64,000 bases of DNA from IMG/VR virus record IMGVR_UViG_3300025853_009406, positions 1 to 64,000 of that record; one strand, 5' to 3'. The notes beneath the pieces are model-generated. The model saw only the letters and a program-made list of their open reading frames with translations. It was not told the origin of the DNA and did no database searches. Positions 8,432 through 19,600 of the stretch are shown here, piece by piece. The DNA is from a virus. A program made the translations under genes and the position numbers. Numbering within the stretch: position 1 is the first letter of the stretch; the number at the start of each line of letters is the position of its first letter.

Positions 8432-11425
8432 TTAATCGGTAAACATATACTTAACAACATTAACGGTTTTATCTGATACAGTCTTCATCTCATTAACTAC
8501 TTCTGGATCGATGAGATCAGGATGATACCACCAATCCTCAAAAGGACTGTTATCGTTTGGAGAAACATTAGCGACTAACATTTCATATCCCATTAACTTA
8601 AGATATCTCCTAGACTTATCACGATAAGATCTAGTCATATCAACATAATGATCATGTTCATATGTAATAATACTAAACCTATACTTCTCGAATGGCATTG
8701 CTAACAAGCATTCAAAAGTAGTCCTAGAGGGTTCAACATCTAGTTGAAGATAATCAAAATCAGTTCCTTTATCAAAGTTATCAAGCAACTTCAAATAATC
8801 GATAGTTGTTGCATCTTTGCAAATGATCTGATTTTTGCGCTCTCTTGAAAACTGAGCGCACAAATCAGGAAGAATCTCAATAGAAATACCATCCCATTCA
8901 TATTTAGTCTCAAGAAGAGCAGTGTTATTTTGATAGAAAGGTTGCTGAGCACCTATTTCAAGATAAAGTCCATTAGTTTTACCTTGAGTTGCAGCAAGAA
9001 TAAACATGTCCTGGAATGCTTGAGAATGATTTTTTTCAATCGTTTCTGATCCAGGGAACTTAAACCTCAATCTATCATGCTTTCTCTTCTGATACTTAAT
9101 CACTTCATCTGGGATATGTCCAGATCCCATTCTCATTAGATTGTTAGCAACCATGTCATAGTGGCGATCATCCATTTCATAGTTGTTCTTCATGTCTTGA
9201 AGAAGCGTTCTGGACTCATCACCTTTACCCCACCACCAAGCAGCAAGTTGCTTCTCAAAAAGAAGACCATACTTACCAGGATATTCCACATCAGTCTTCA
9301 ATGGTTTACAATCAAAATCACAGAAGTCTATTGCCCATTGAGAAAAGATATAGCAATCTTGCCACCATTGACGTTTCTCAGCAAACCTCGCTAGAAGGTA
9401 ATACGCTTCAGGTCTTTTAGGACGAATACAAAGTGCTTGCTGAAGAAGTCCTTTTGCTGTTTGATCTCTCGTCCCTTGCCTGTCATAGGCATTGGAAGCA
9501 TGGATCAATGCTTCATAAGCAAGATCAAGATCATCTGTACGCTCAGCACATCTCAGGAAGAATGATAGTGCTGGAGCATTATGTCTGTAATGCTCGTACC
9601 ACATACCAATGTTAAAGTTCTTCACTGGGTTCTCAGTATCTAATGCATACTCTAAAAGTAAATCATTTAGATTTGCATTAGAAGCATCCGTCAATAATAG
9701 ATCTTTCTTTACAACAAACTCAGAAGCAACTCTTAATTCTTCTTCTACTTGTTGCTCTTTAACTTCAAATGATTTTCCCATAAGTTCCTCAACTGTTCTA
9801 TTAGAACCATTATCTTTCCACCAGTTTATAACATAGTCGTGGGTATAATAGTGATTACGTTTCTGACCATATTTTACATCTCCATCTCCACCTTCAAAGG
9901 TAGAAGTAAAACGAACATCCTCTACAAACATTGAAATAGTATAAACTTTTCCAGCATTGGTATAAAGAATATTTTCAATAAGTGGTTGAACTCCATTATC
10001 TAGTTGAAGATGATATGTGCCGTCAACGATATAAGTATCTATAATATATTTTGCATAGTCTCTTTTAATAATATATGCAGTAACTGACCAATCATCCCAG
10101 TACCTGTCTCGGATTTTAATATCTTCAAAATCACCACGAATAGGAAGCATTTGAACACATCCCCAATCTTCTGGAAGTGCATCAACAAACTGTTTCCAAG
10201 TGAAGTTCCAGTAATCAACAGTATCAAGACTCAGATCATCTTCACAAAAGAAACCATACTCTTCCTCAGTTTCATAATACCAGTTTAAAATAGATTTTAA
10301 ATGGGAAACACAACACCCTTTCGTACCATCATTTAATGTGTGAACATACTCACCCGTAACTACATCATCACACTCTGCAAATCTTTTTGAGATCAATGGT
10401 CTAATGTTTGTAACTCCATGATCTTTGAGAGATTGATCAAGTTTCTTACGTCGTTCTACACTTTCTTCTAAACTAACATAAGAAACACTACTTAGTTCTA
10501 ATAACTTTTTCATTTTTTCTTTTCTAGTAGCAACATAGTTTTGGTCATCAATGTTCATCACATCCCATTCATATATCCTATCAATATAATAGTAATCTAA
10601 ATCAGAAAATCTTTTCTCATTTTCTTCTACATTCATTTTTGCTAGAAGATATTCAAGATTCCAACGATCAGAGTCACTTGTATCAGGATTAGCAATCTTT
10701 CTTTTTACATTTTCAATATTGCTATCGTCAGAATCTTCACCATACCCCTCAAAGTTTTCGTATCTTTTCTTATCTGGATGTGGCAAATGAATAATATTAT
10801 AGTTTTGAGTTAGTTTTTTGCACTCTAGACCCATCATAGTAAGTCTTTTAGTCATTTGATCATCTTCATAGGCATAATACTTACCCATGCGTTCATCATA
10901 TCCACCAACTTTCCAAAAGTTTTCTCTAGTCACAAAACATAGTCCAGTCAAATATTTAAACAAAGGACTATAGGTATGAGAATATTTCATCAACTCCCCA
11001 ACATCCATGTTATGGAAGTTAATCGCATATCCTTTTAGATTCCCATCCCAATACTCATGATTACACACATAATCATCTTGTCCACATAGGAAAGAGTTTT
11101 CATCAACTTTATAAAACTGAAAAAAATCAAAGTAAGGATTAATAATATAATCAGTATCTACTTTAATAATATAATCTCCAGTAGCAATACTGGCAGCAAG
11201 ATTTAATGGTTGAGGTTGGTTAAAATACTTTTCATCATTGACTCGTATAACTTTTATTCTTTTATCCAGTTTTGTAAGATGACTGATTGGTTCATCAGAA
11301 CTCCAATCAACCACAATAATCTCTTTTATTTCATAAAAAGATAACCAAGAGTTTAAAGAAACTCTCAGTGCATTATAGCGATTTTTACATGCACAAATTA
11401 AAGAAACATTCATATTGAAATCCAA
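8432..11425 (-). CDS. Multidomain GT2/GT7-like + GT25-like + TPR + FkbM-like methyltransferase fusion
   Basis: IIVVDWSS/KVDTD/GGYDE..YEDD; SHLKSI/FCEDD; TPR-like helices (RPEAYYLLA); SQAFQD/YLEIGA/DYLQLDVE. Confidence 0.8.
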   Translation of the reverse strand: MDFNMNVSLICACKNRYNALRVSLNSWLSFYEIKEIIVVDWSSDEPISHLTKLDKRIKVIRVNDEKYFNQPQPLNLAASIATGDYIIKVDTDYIINPYFDFFQFYKVDENSFLCGQDDYVCNHEYWDGNLKGYAINFHNMDVGELMKYSHTYSPLFKYLTGLCFVTRENFWKVGGYDERMGKYYAYEDDQMTKRLTMMGLECKKLTQNYNIIHLPHPDKKRYENFEGYGEDSDDSNIENVKRKIANPDTSDSDRWNLEYLLAKMNVEENEKRFSDLDYYYIDRIYEWDVMNIDDQNYVATRKEKMKKLLELSSVSYVSLEESVERRKKLDQSLKDHGVTNIRPLISKRFAECDDVVTGEYVHTLNDGTKGCCVSHLKSILNWYYETEEEYGFFCEDDLSLDTVDYWNFTWKQFVDALPEDWGCVQMLPIRGDFEDIKIRDRYWDDWSVTAYIIKRDYAKYIIDTYIVDGTYHLQLDNGVQPLIENILYTNAGKVYTISMFVEDVRFTSTFEGGDGDVKYGQKRNHYYTHDYVINWWKDNGSNRTVEELMGKSFEVKEQQVEEELRVASEFVVKKDLLLTDASNANLNDLLLEYALDTENPVKNFNIGMWYEHYRHNAPALSFFLRCAERTDDLDLAYEALIHASNAYDRQGTRDQTAKGLLQQALCIRPKRPEAYYLLARFAEKRQWWQDCYIFSQWAIDFCDFDCKPLKTDVEYPGKYGLLFEKQLAAWWWGKGDESRTLLQDMKNNYEMDDRHYDMVANNLMRMGSGHIPDEVIKYQKRKHDRLRFKFPGSETIEKNHSQAFQDMFILAATQGKTNGLYLEIGAQQPFYQNNTALLETKYEWDGISIEILPDLCAQFSRERKNQIICKDATTIDYLKLLDNFDKGTDFDYLQLDVEPSRTTFECLLAMPFEKYRFSIITYEHDHYVDMTRSYRDKSRRYLKLMGYEMLVANVSPNDNSPFEDWWYHPDLIDPEVVNEMKTVSDKTVNVVKYMFTD

Positions 11426-12246
11426 TGTGGTAATCTTAATCCATCAGAATCGATGTAATCGCAGTATGGCAAAAACCACTGCTTAGGTGAAATAGTTTTT
11501 TTACTTTTTGCTAACCAAGAACCCCACCAACTAAAAGAGCTGTTGGCAATAATATGATAATCACATTTAGACATTAAGCACATATCAACATAAGTGTTAT
11601 TAGTTTTTATTATAATAAACCTATCGTCTTGGAATATTTTTTGCTCTTTACACCACTCAGTATCGTCAGAAAATACTAGAACTGGTAAAGATTTGTCGAA
11701 AAAACTTAATGCTTCCTCATAATAATTTATATCCAAACTATTGAGGACATGTGAGTTAACGTAGTCAGTCCTCCTTACATGCATCGAGATTACTTCAGTA
11801 TCAGAAAACATCTGAGAAAAATACTGTTCTGATATATCAAAATATTTTTTTCTGAATACAAACTTGTTTCTTAGTTTATCTTCGACATGAGAAAAATATT
11901 TATGATTTTGAAAAAAACCTAAGATACTTTTATTGTCATGATTAGTATTTAAAAACTCTTGATCAAAATGTGTTGATAAGAACTTTGCATTCTCTTCTTC
12001 TGAAGGAATGTAAATAACATGCCCATCAACCACAACATTAGAATTTAGTTTATTTGGACAATGAAACTCTTTATTATAAAATGAAAATATTTTTGTGTCA
12101 ATATCAAAGCATTCATAGAGTTGTATATTTTTTCTTGCTAAAGCATAATCTAAACCATATTTATCTGCTATGCCTACCAAGGCAGAGTATTGGAACATTT
12201 GATTTCCAAGTCTTCCAATAAATCCTATATGTGGAAATGTAATCAT
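11410..12246 (-). CDS. Alpha-1,2-fucosyltransferase-like (GT11)
   Basis: GRLGNQMFQY, HVRRTDY, NSSFSWWGSWL. Confidence 0.9.
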   Translation of the reverse strand: MITFPHIGFIGRLGNQMFQYSALVGIADKYGLDYALARKNIQLYECFDIDTKIFSFYNKEFHCPNKLNSNVVVDGHVIYIPSEEENAKFLSTHFDQEFLNTNHDNKSILGFFQNHKYFSHVEDKLRNKFVFRKKYFDISEQYFSQMFSDTEVISMHVRRTDYVNSHVLNSLDINYYEEALSFFDKSLPVLVFSDDTEWCKEQKIFQDDRFIIIKTNNTYVDMCLMSKCDYHIIANSSFSWWGSWLAKSKKTISPKQWFLPYCDYIDSDGLRLPHWISI

Positions 12247-12989
12247 AGTTCCAATATCTTATGCATATATTCTCTAGTCAGTTTCATATTATAATCCAAC
12301 TCTTGTACAAAATAGTTTCCTGGTCTTATTCTGTGATGATGATAAAACCCATCAACGATAGTGAATGTGTTTTTATATCTCAACCAACAATAAGAAAATA
12401 GTAAAACATCAGCACCTTTTGGGTCTTTAAACTTTTTACCTCCTCTCCTTAAACTTTGAACAGCACTTTTTTGAGAATCAATATAGCTATTTTTATTTAC
12501 AATAAAGTTACCAGTATTTAATAACCAATCAATATAGTTAGTGCTTTCTTGAATATTTTTCTTTGCTACTGAAAGATCTATAAAGTTATCTCTATAGTCA
12601 AAGTTAACAATATTTCCACCAGTCATATGAAGTTGTTTCACATGATAACACGTATCTTCTTTTGAAAAATCTATATTTCTTACGACATCCAATACTGATT
12701 TATCAAACCAGTTATCGCTATCTATAAGATAAACCCAATCATTTTTACATTTTGATACGGCAAGATATTTATTAATATATGCTTTTTCATTTTTAGAACC
12801 ACGATACAACTTTATTTTATTAGTATCAATATTTGAAATCGTTTCAATAAGATTATAATATTCTACTTCAGAAGATTTATCATCGTGAATAATAATCTCA
12901 GATATAATATCGCTATCAATGGCAGGTTTAATACAATCCCAAAGATATTGAGAACTATTATAAGTTGGTATTGCTAATGATATTGTCAT
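12243..12989 (-). CDS. GT2-family glycosyltransferase
   Basis: ISLAIPTYN, IIHDDKS, LIDSD. Confidence 0.8.
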   Translation of the reverse strand: MTISLAIPTYNSSQYLWDCIKPAIDSDIISEIIIHDDKSSEVEYYNLIETISNIDTNKIKLYRGSKNEKAYINKYLAVSKCKNDWVYLIDSDNWFDKSVLDVVRNIDFSKEDTCYHVKQLHMTGGNIVNFDYRDNFIDLSVAKKNIQESTNYIDWLLNTGNFIVNKNSYIDSQKSAVQSLRRGGKKFKDPKGADVLLFSYCWLRYKNTFTIVDGFYHHHRIRPGNYFVQELDYNMKLTREYMHKILEL

Positions 12990-12990
12990 T

Positions 12991-13644
12991 TTAAACAAAG
13001 ATTGTGTTTATATGATCACGATATACTTCAGTATATCCCACACTGTTTATGTATTCCCTCAACTTTCGACATGACGTTATCAGTTTTATATTATCTTGAA
13101 AATAAGAATGATCATCAACAAGTTCAATGATCATCATCTTTGGTTTCCACAAATCAAGTCTAAAAGAGTTAAAAACATCTTCCTCTCTTCCTTCAACATC
13201 AACAACTAACAAATCAAAGTTTTTAGGAACATCTGCCATTTGCATATAAGTATCCAATCTTACTTGTTTACATTCTGATTCTGTAAACTGAGGATAACCA
13301 AATAGATGCATTGAAGAAACAATATCAGCTTGTTCTTTATCTAAAGTTGAGACTATTCCAGAACAATAAACTGGTTTATATCCAACTTCTGTTCCAATAG
13401 CATAGTTAGATACTTTAATCTTTTTGTTATTTTTGTGCCTGTTAACACACTGATTAAAGTGCTCTTTTACAGGTTCAATATAAAACCCTTTCCATCCAGC
13501 ATCAGCAAGACAAGATGTGTTGGATACAGATTCACCATCAAAAGCACCAACTTCTACAAAGGTTCCTTTTTTTGATCCAAAATATTTTAGATAAATCTGA
13601 TCAAGATCAGGTATCTGACAAGTAGGAGATAAGTTATAGATCAT
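12991..13644 (-). CDS. FkbM-family methyltransferase
   Basis: FVEVGAFDG, IEP, DLLVVDVEGRE. Confidence 0.88.
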   Translation of the reverse strand: MIYNLSPTCQIPDLDQIYLKYFGSKKGTFVEVGAFDGESVSNTSCLADAGWKGFYIEPVKEHFNQCVNRHKNNKKIKVSNYAIGTEVGYKPVYCSGIVSTLDKEQADIVSSMHLFGYPQFTESECKQVRLDTYMQMADVPKNFDLLVVDVEGREEDVFNSFRLDLWKPKMMIIELVDDHSYFQDNIKLITSCRKLREYINSVGYTEVYRDHINTIFV

Positions 13645-14290
13645 AATACTCTTTATGTGTCCACAGTTGTTCTCTACCAGAAGTTAAAACTTCTTCGTAA
13701 CCACAATATTTTAACGATCTTGCGACTTCATGTGCAGGGGGAATATTTTTATCTGGAAGTCCATACTCAAACTGAACATATTTAATATTATGTCTCATTA
13801 AAAGATCTTTAGCTCCTTGAATGATTTTTAACTCAGCACCTTCGGCATCTATTTTTAAATAATCAATATGATCTAAAGATAGTTCTTTACATAAAGTATC
13901 AAGTGTTTTGCATTCTACTTTTTCGGTATGTAATGATTCTCCCAAAAAATCATCTTGCATATAAAAACTTGATAAGACGTGACGATCTCCAGGATAAAAA
14001 ATAAACTCATGTCCATTTTTATTTGAAAGAGCAAGTTTTATTAACTCAACCCTTTCATCATCTCTCCATCTATTTTCAAACTCTTGCCAATGCAAAGGTT
14101 CTACAGCATAGCATTTAGCGTCTTGAAATCTATCTAGAAATAATAAAGTAAAATCATCATTCCAGTTTTCAATCCATACTGCATTATCTTCTTCTACAAT
14201 TTTATTAATGTTACATCCAATATCAAATACAATAGGATTAGATGGAAGATATGGAACTGTTTCAATACATTTACGATAATCAAAACTCAT
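13634..14290 (-). CDS. FkbM-family methyltransferase
   Basis: FDIGCN, TLDT, IDYLKIDAEGAE, QFEY. Confidence 0.88.
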   Translation of the reverse strand: MSFDYRKCIETVPYLPSNPIVFDIGCNINKIVEEDNAVWIENWNDDFTLLFLDRFQDAKCYAVEPLHWQEFENRWRDDERVELIKLALSNKNGHEFIFYPGDRHVLSSFYMQDDFLGESLHTEKVECKTLDTLCKELSLDHIDYLKIDAEGAELKIIQGAKDLLMRHNIKYVQFEYGLPDKNIPPAHEVARSLKYCGYEEVLTSGREQLWTHKEYYDL

Positions 14291-14291
14291 A

Positions 14292-14909
14292 TCACATAAA
14301 TGCTCCTTTCTTTACATACCAAATGTGAACTGGACCATCAATACCAACAAGTTGATCTTCATCATAATGATTTTTTAGGAAGGAAGTAATATTTCCAAAT
14401 GAAGGGTGATTCCAATCATGACCCATGATATATCCACCATCACGAACTTTTGTTTCCCAATACTTTAGATCATTTTCAAGATCAAAATGATCGCCGTCAA
14501 TAAAAATAAAATCTAAACTTTCATTCTTAAACTTCTTTGCTGCTGCTTCAGATGTCATACGAGCAATTTTTCCTCTAGTTCCATACGGCTTAAGCATAGC
14601 AACAACGTGCTGATATAAACCCTCAAAGGATACAAAGTCATTTTTTATATTTACATCACCAACATTCCACCTTTTTTCAGAATAAGTATCTACTCCCCAA
14701 AGTTTAGTCAGTTTTGTTTCTTCGAGAAGAAGTTTCATATTAGATCCAAAAGCAACTCCAATCTCAACACCTGTTGAAATATCATCACTTCTTTCATTAA
14801 TAAAATCTTTTAACCATTGATGGGATTCATCCCAATACTGATGATACTTGTAAAGGTTTTCTAGATTAATATCTACTGTAGTAGTCGTAGTTGTTGCCAT
14901 TGTAATCAT
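14292..14909 (-). CDS. Class I SAM-dependent methyltransferase (Methyltransf_24-like)
   Basis: VEIGVAFG, DFIFIDGDH, GGYIMGHDW. Confidence 0.85.
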   Translation of the reverse strand: MITMATTTTTTVDINLENLYKYHQYWDESHQWLKDFINERSDDISTGVEIGVAFGSNMKLLLEETKLTKLWGVDTYSEKRWNVGDVNIKNDFVSFEGLYQHVVAMLKPYGTRGKIARMTSEAAAKKFKNESLDFIFIDGDHFDLENDLKYWETKVRDGGYIMGHDWNHPSFGNITSFLKNHYDEDQLVGIDGPVHIWYVKKGAFM

Positions 14910-15526
14910 TTCTCCTGTTTTGTATAAAGGGCATCACCCCAATCATGATCTTGCCACCAGTTAGTTTCAGTTCTTTCAAATGAATACTGTAACAAAAACT
15001 TATCGATGTCTTCTATATATGCGTTGTTCTCATATATCTCTGCACGATTAACTTCACAGTAAACATAATCAATATGATTTAAAGTGTTTTTAGCACCTTT
15101 TAGAACCTCAAGTTCATATCCCTGTACATCCATATTTAAAAAGTTATACTTTGTAAAGTTATAATCATCTAATAACTTTACTTCAATAGTTTCAGTTTCA
15201 TTAAATGTAATGTCTGGATATAAATTGAGATGTTCTTTAGGTTTGAGAATAGAACTACTCTCACACATATTACTGCTTAGATACATATCAACTGTTTTAT
15301 GTTCACTACCTAAAGCAACTTGATACCCTAAAATATTTGCATCGTAGTTTGCTGCATGTTTAGCAACAATATCAAAGTTTCTTTCTACTGGTTCAAACAA
15401 GACAATATTTTTAATTCCATTATTGATATATAAAGGAATCTCTTCTCCATGATGAGCCCCTACGTGAATAACTCCATTAATATTCATATCATACTTTGTA
15501 GTAATATTATTAAATGTTAGAATCAT
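14906..15526 (-). CDS. FkbM-family methyltransferase
   Basis: HVGAHHGEE, FEP, MDVQGYELEVLKG, WGDALY. Confidence 0.88.
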   Translation of the reverse strand: MILTFNNITTKYDMNINGVIHVGAHHGEEIPLYINNGIKNIVLFEPVERNFDIVAKHAANYDANILGYQVALGSEHKTVDMYLSSNMCESSSILKPKEHLNLYPDITFNETETIEVKLLDDYNFTKYNFLNMDVQGYELEVLKGAKNTLNHIDYVYCEVNRAEIYENNAYIEDIDKFLLQYSFERTETNWWQDHDWGDALYTKQEK

Positions 15527-16539
15527 GTTTCACTATAGATAAACTTTTTGACATAATCAATATTCACTCTTAAAAGATAAGCAGAGTTATCTTGGAATCC
15601 AAATGTAATCAAATAATCATCACCATATTCACACATACCAACAGCAAACTCAATCTCTGCTTCCATAAAAGAAAACTGTTTAGACACTGTTTCAATCTGC
15701 CAGTTCTTATCCCAAACAATAAATCTATGTCTATAGATACCATCTTTACGATCTTGTTCACTTTTGGTTAAGTATGTTTCATGGCAAAGTGTAATATGTT
15801 TACCGTCACCAAAAGGAAGAACCTGAGATCCTCCTCTTAGATCAATACAACCAATATCTTTCCAATCAGTAATAACTACTGTCTCAGTTGTATTGGTTTC
15901 AATATCATATCTTACAACTTCTGTGCCATTAGTCCACTTAACAAAATGCCATGGCATATCAACAATAGGCATCCAGTTCTTTTCACAATAAGATTGCCTA
16001 TTACCTGGTGTAGGAATACGATATTGAGCAATCTCTTTCACATAATCAGGACCAATCTCAATCTCAGATAGTTCCATTCTACCAGTACCAACAGTGTCTA
16101 GATCTCTTCTGACACCACACATAAAAAGTCTTCCATCCCAACGGAAAATCCTGGAATCTTCAAGACCTACAAAATCCCAAAGCTCTTTATCGGGGAAGTC
16201 TGATGTATCAATATGTCTTTGCCATACTGGATTCATATTAGAATCATACTCACACAGAATATTCTTTGTGCGAAGCTTCCAATCATTTTCTGGATGAATA
16301 TAAACTAAAGGACCCCATGGATGTTCATAGGTCTTCTTCTCAGAATGATATAATGTATAGTTAATATTTCTTAGATTTACTAGAATCTTATCCCCATCCA
16401 AATAAATCGAAGGATTTGTTAGAGAAGGTCCTTTAAGAATAGAAGAATCTGTTACCAGTGGATGAATACTACCTCCATTCTCAATACACTCTTTCACAAA
16501 ATTCATACTATGTGATGATTCATGCAATGGTCTGTTCAT
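15523..16539 (-). CDS. Putative beta-propeller glycosidase/phosphorylase-like protein
   Basis: NPSI, GLEDSRIF, EKNWMP, RGGS, IEFAVGM, FGFQD motifs resemble 5-bladed propeller GH families. Confidence 0.55.
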   Translation of the reverse strand: MNRPLHESSHSMNFVKECIENGGSIHPLVTDSSILKGPSLTNPSIYLDGDKILVNLRNINYTLYHSEKKTYEHPWGPLVYIHPENDWKLRTKNILCEYDSNMNPVWQRHIDTSDFPDKELWDFVGLEDSRIFRWDGRLFMCGVRRDLDTVGTGRMELSEIEIGPDYVKEIAQYRIPTPGNRQSYCEKNWMPIVDMPWHFVKWTNGTEVVRYDIETNTTETVVITDWKDIGCIDLRGGSQVLPFGDGKHITLCHETYLTKSEQDRKDGIYRHRFIVWDKNWQIETVSKQFSFMEAEIEFAVGMCEYGDDYLITFGFQDNSAYLLRVNIDYVKKFIYSET

Positions 16540-16615
16540 ATTATTTCAATAATAACAAAGTATCTATAAGATTTTTAAAGGTCTTAAATTAATCCCAATC
16601 AAACCTGACAAAGGT

Positions 16616-16644
16616 ATTATATCAATATCTGATTACTATGTCAA
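16616..16644 (-). promoter_or_regulatory. Consensus sigma70 (early) promoter for the left glycosylation cluster
   Basis: TTGACA-TAGTAATCAGATATTGA(17)-TATAAT. Confidence 0.8.
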
Positions 16645-16688
16645 TATCAAAAGAAAATAAGATTAAGTGAAGTGTCTAAATTAACACT

Positions 16689-19600
16689 TTACTTATTTTC
16701 AAGATTACTAACTCTATTCTCCAATACTTTTATGTAATTGTGGTCTTCAACAAGAGCATTAATTAGGAATGGAATTAATCCAGAATAATTTACAGTTTTA
16801 TTATTTCCATTATTATTAACTAGTTCTGGAATAATGTTTTCCAATTCTTGTGCTATAACACCATAACTTACATTTCCATTATCTTTCCAAGTAAATCTTA
16901 TTGATGAAATTTTTTCTAATTTGTCAATACTATTACTCAGATAACTGATATTTTCTTTTAACTGTATATCGGATGTAGAATTAAAATCAGTTGCTGACAG
17001 TTGACCAGTACTTGGATTGAATTGGAGTTTTGTTGAAGAAACATATTCTGTTGATACTGTCCCAGAAGTCTGGTTTACAAACGTAGGATATCTTGTGGCA
17101 TTTGTTGTTGTGTCATTAGTAATTGAAATTTCAGTTCCCGATTTACCTTGAACACCCTGAGATGATTGTGTACCTTGAACGCCTTGAGTACCTTGGAGAC
17201 CCTGGTTTCCTTGAACACCTTGATTACTTAAACCTTGGAGACCCTGATTACCTTGGAGACCTTGAGTACCTTGAGTTGCTTGTGTACCTTGAGTACCTTG
17301 GCGTCCTTGTAATCCCTGGTTACCCTGGTTACCTTGGTTACCCTGGTTACCTTGGCGGCCTTGTGTACCTTGAGTTGCTTGTGTACCTTGAGTACCTTGG
17401 TTACCTTGGTTACCTTGGTTACCTTGAGTTGCTTGTGTACCTTGGTTACCCTGAACGCCTTGGTTACTTCTACCTTGGTTACCTTGGTTACCTTGAGTTG
17501 CTTGTGTACCTTGGTTACCCTGAACGCCTTGGTTACTTCTACCTTGGTTTCCTTGATTACCTTGATTACCTTGGCGTCCTTGGTTACCTTGAAGACCTTG
17601 GTTTCCTTGGTTTCCTTGGTTACCCTGAGTTCCTTGGTTACCCTGGTTACCCTGGCGTCCCTGACGACCCTGGTTTCCTTGGTTGCCCTGTAGACCTTGG
17701 TTTCCTTGATTACCTTGATTACCTTGGCGTCCTTGGTTACCTTGAAGACCTTGGTTACCTTGATTACCTTGATTGCCTTGATTACCTTGATTACCTTGGC
17801 GTCCTTGGTTACCTTGAAGACCTTGGTTACCTTGATTACCTTGATTGCCTTGATTACCTTGGTTACCTTGGCGTCCTTGGTTACCTTGGAGACCTTGATT
17901 ACCCTGATTACCTTGGTTACCCTGGTTACCTTGATTACCTTGGTTACCCTGGTTGCCTTGGTTGCCTTGAAGACCTTGGACACCAGATCTTGTAAATGCT
18001 AATGTTACTTCTTCACTTACTGATGGCGAAGCACCTGCAAGATAGTTGACTGGAATGGTATAGTAAGAACCATTATCAGTTATATTTCCATCAACTTCAA
18101 AAATAACAACAGTATTATCTGAAGATAGAGCTGAGATTATGTAAATATAACCCCTGTTTAATCCACCAGTTAATGTAGTATCATCCCAACTTGCAATCCA
18201 TCCCGATTGATTATTGCTTAAAGCGTCAATATCATTAACTGTAATAGAAGTTACAGAAGATGCTGTGGCATTATTAAATCTAATCTGACCAGAAGATGGT
18301 GCTCCAGTTCCTCCATATGCATAAGGAACTCCACCACGGTTACCGATGTTACCCTGGTTACCCTGGTTACCTTGGTTACCTTGGTTACCTTGGTTACCTT
18401 GGTTACCTTGAAGACCTTGGTTACCTTGATTACCTTGATTTCCTTGGTTTCCTTGGTTACCCTGGTTACCCTGTAGACCTTGGTTTCCTTGGTTGCCCTG
18501 ATTACCTTGATTACCCTGGTTTCCTTGGAGACCTTGATTACCCTGGTTACCTTGGAGACCTTGATTACCTTGGTTTCCTTGGAGACCTTGATTACCTTGG
18601 TTTCCTTGATTGCCTTGGAGACCTTGGTTTCCTTGATTGCCTTGGAGACCTTGATTACCTTGGTTACCTTGGTTACCTTGAAGACCTTGGACACCAGATC
18701 TTGTGAATGCTAAAGTAACTTCTTCACTTACTGATGGTGTAGATCCACTAATGGGATTAACTGGGATAGTATAATATGTACCATTATTTGTTGCAGAACC
18801 ATCAACTTCAAAAATATTAACGGTATTATCGGATGAAAGTGCCGAAATAACGTAAATATAACCTCTATTTAATCCACCAGTTAACGCTGTATCATCCCAA
18901 CTTGCAATCCAGTTTGATTGATCATTACTTAACTGATCAATATCATGGACTTGAATCGCAGTGATGCTAGCAAATGTAGAGTTATTATATCTGATCTGTC
19001 CACTAGAAGGAGCTCCAGTTCCACTATAAGTATAAGGAACTCCACCACGGTTACCAATATTACCTTGGTTACCTTGGAGACCCTGGTTTCCTTGGTTACC
19101 TTGGTTTCCTTGATTACCTTGATTTCCTTGGTTACCCTGTAGACCTTGGTTACCTTGGTTGCCCTGATTTCCTTGGTTTCCTTGGTTGCCCTGATTTCCT
19201 TGATTACCTTGAAGACCCTGAAGTCCTTGATTACCTTGATTACCTTGGTTACCCTGATTACCTTGGTTACCTTGATTACCTTGAAGACCCTGAAGTCCTT
19301 GGTTACCTTGGTTACCCTGTAGACCTTGATTGCCCTGGTTGCCTTGGTTTCCTTGATTACCTTGATTTCCTTGGTTACCTTGGAGACCTTGGTTACCTTG
19401 ATTACCCTGGTTGCCTTGGTTTCCTTGATTGCCTTGGTTTCCTTGGTTTCCTTGGAGACCCTGAACACCCTGAACACCAGATCTTGTAAATGTTAAAGTA
19501 ACTTCTTCACTTGCAGTAGGAGTACTACCAGATAAGTAGTTGACAGGAATAGAATAATATGAACCGTTATCAGTTATATTTCCATCAACTTCAAGGATTG

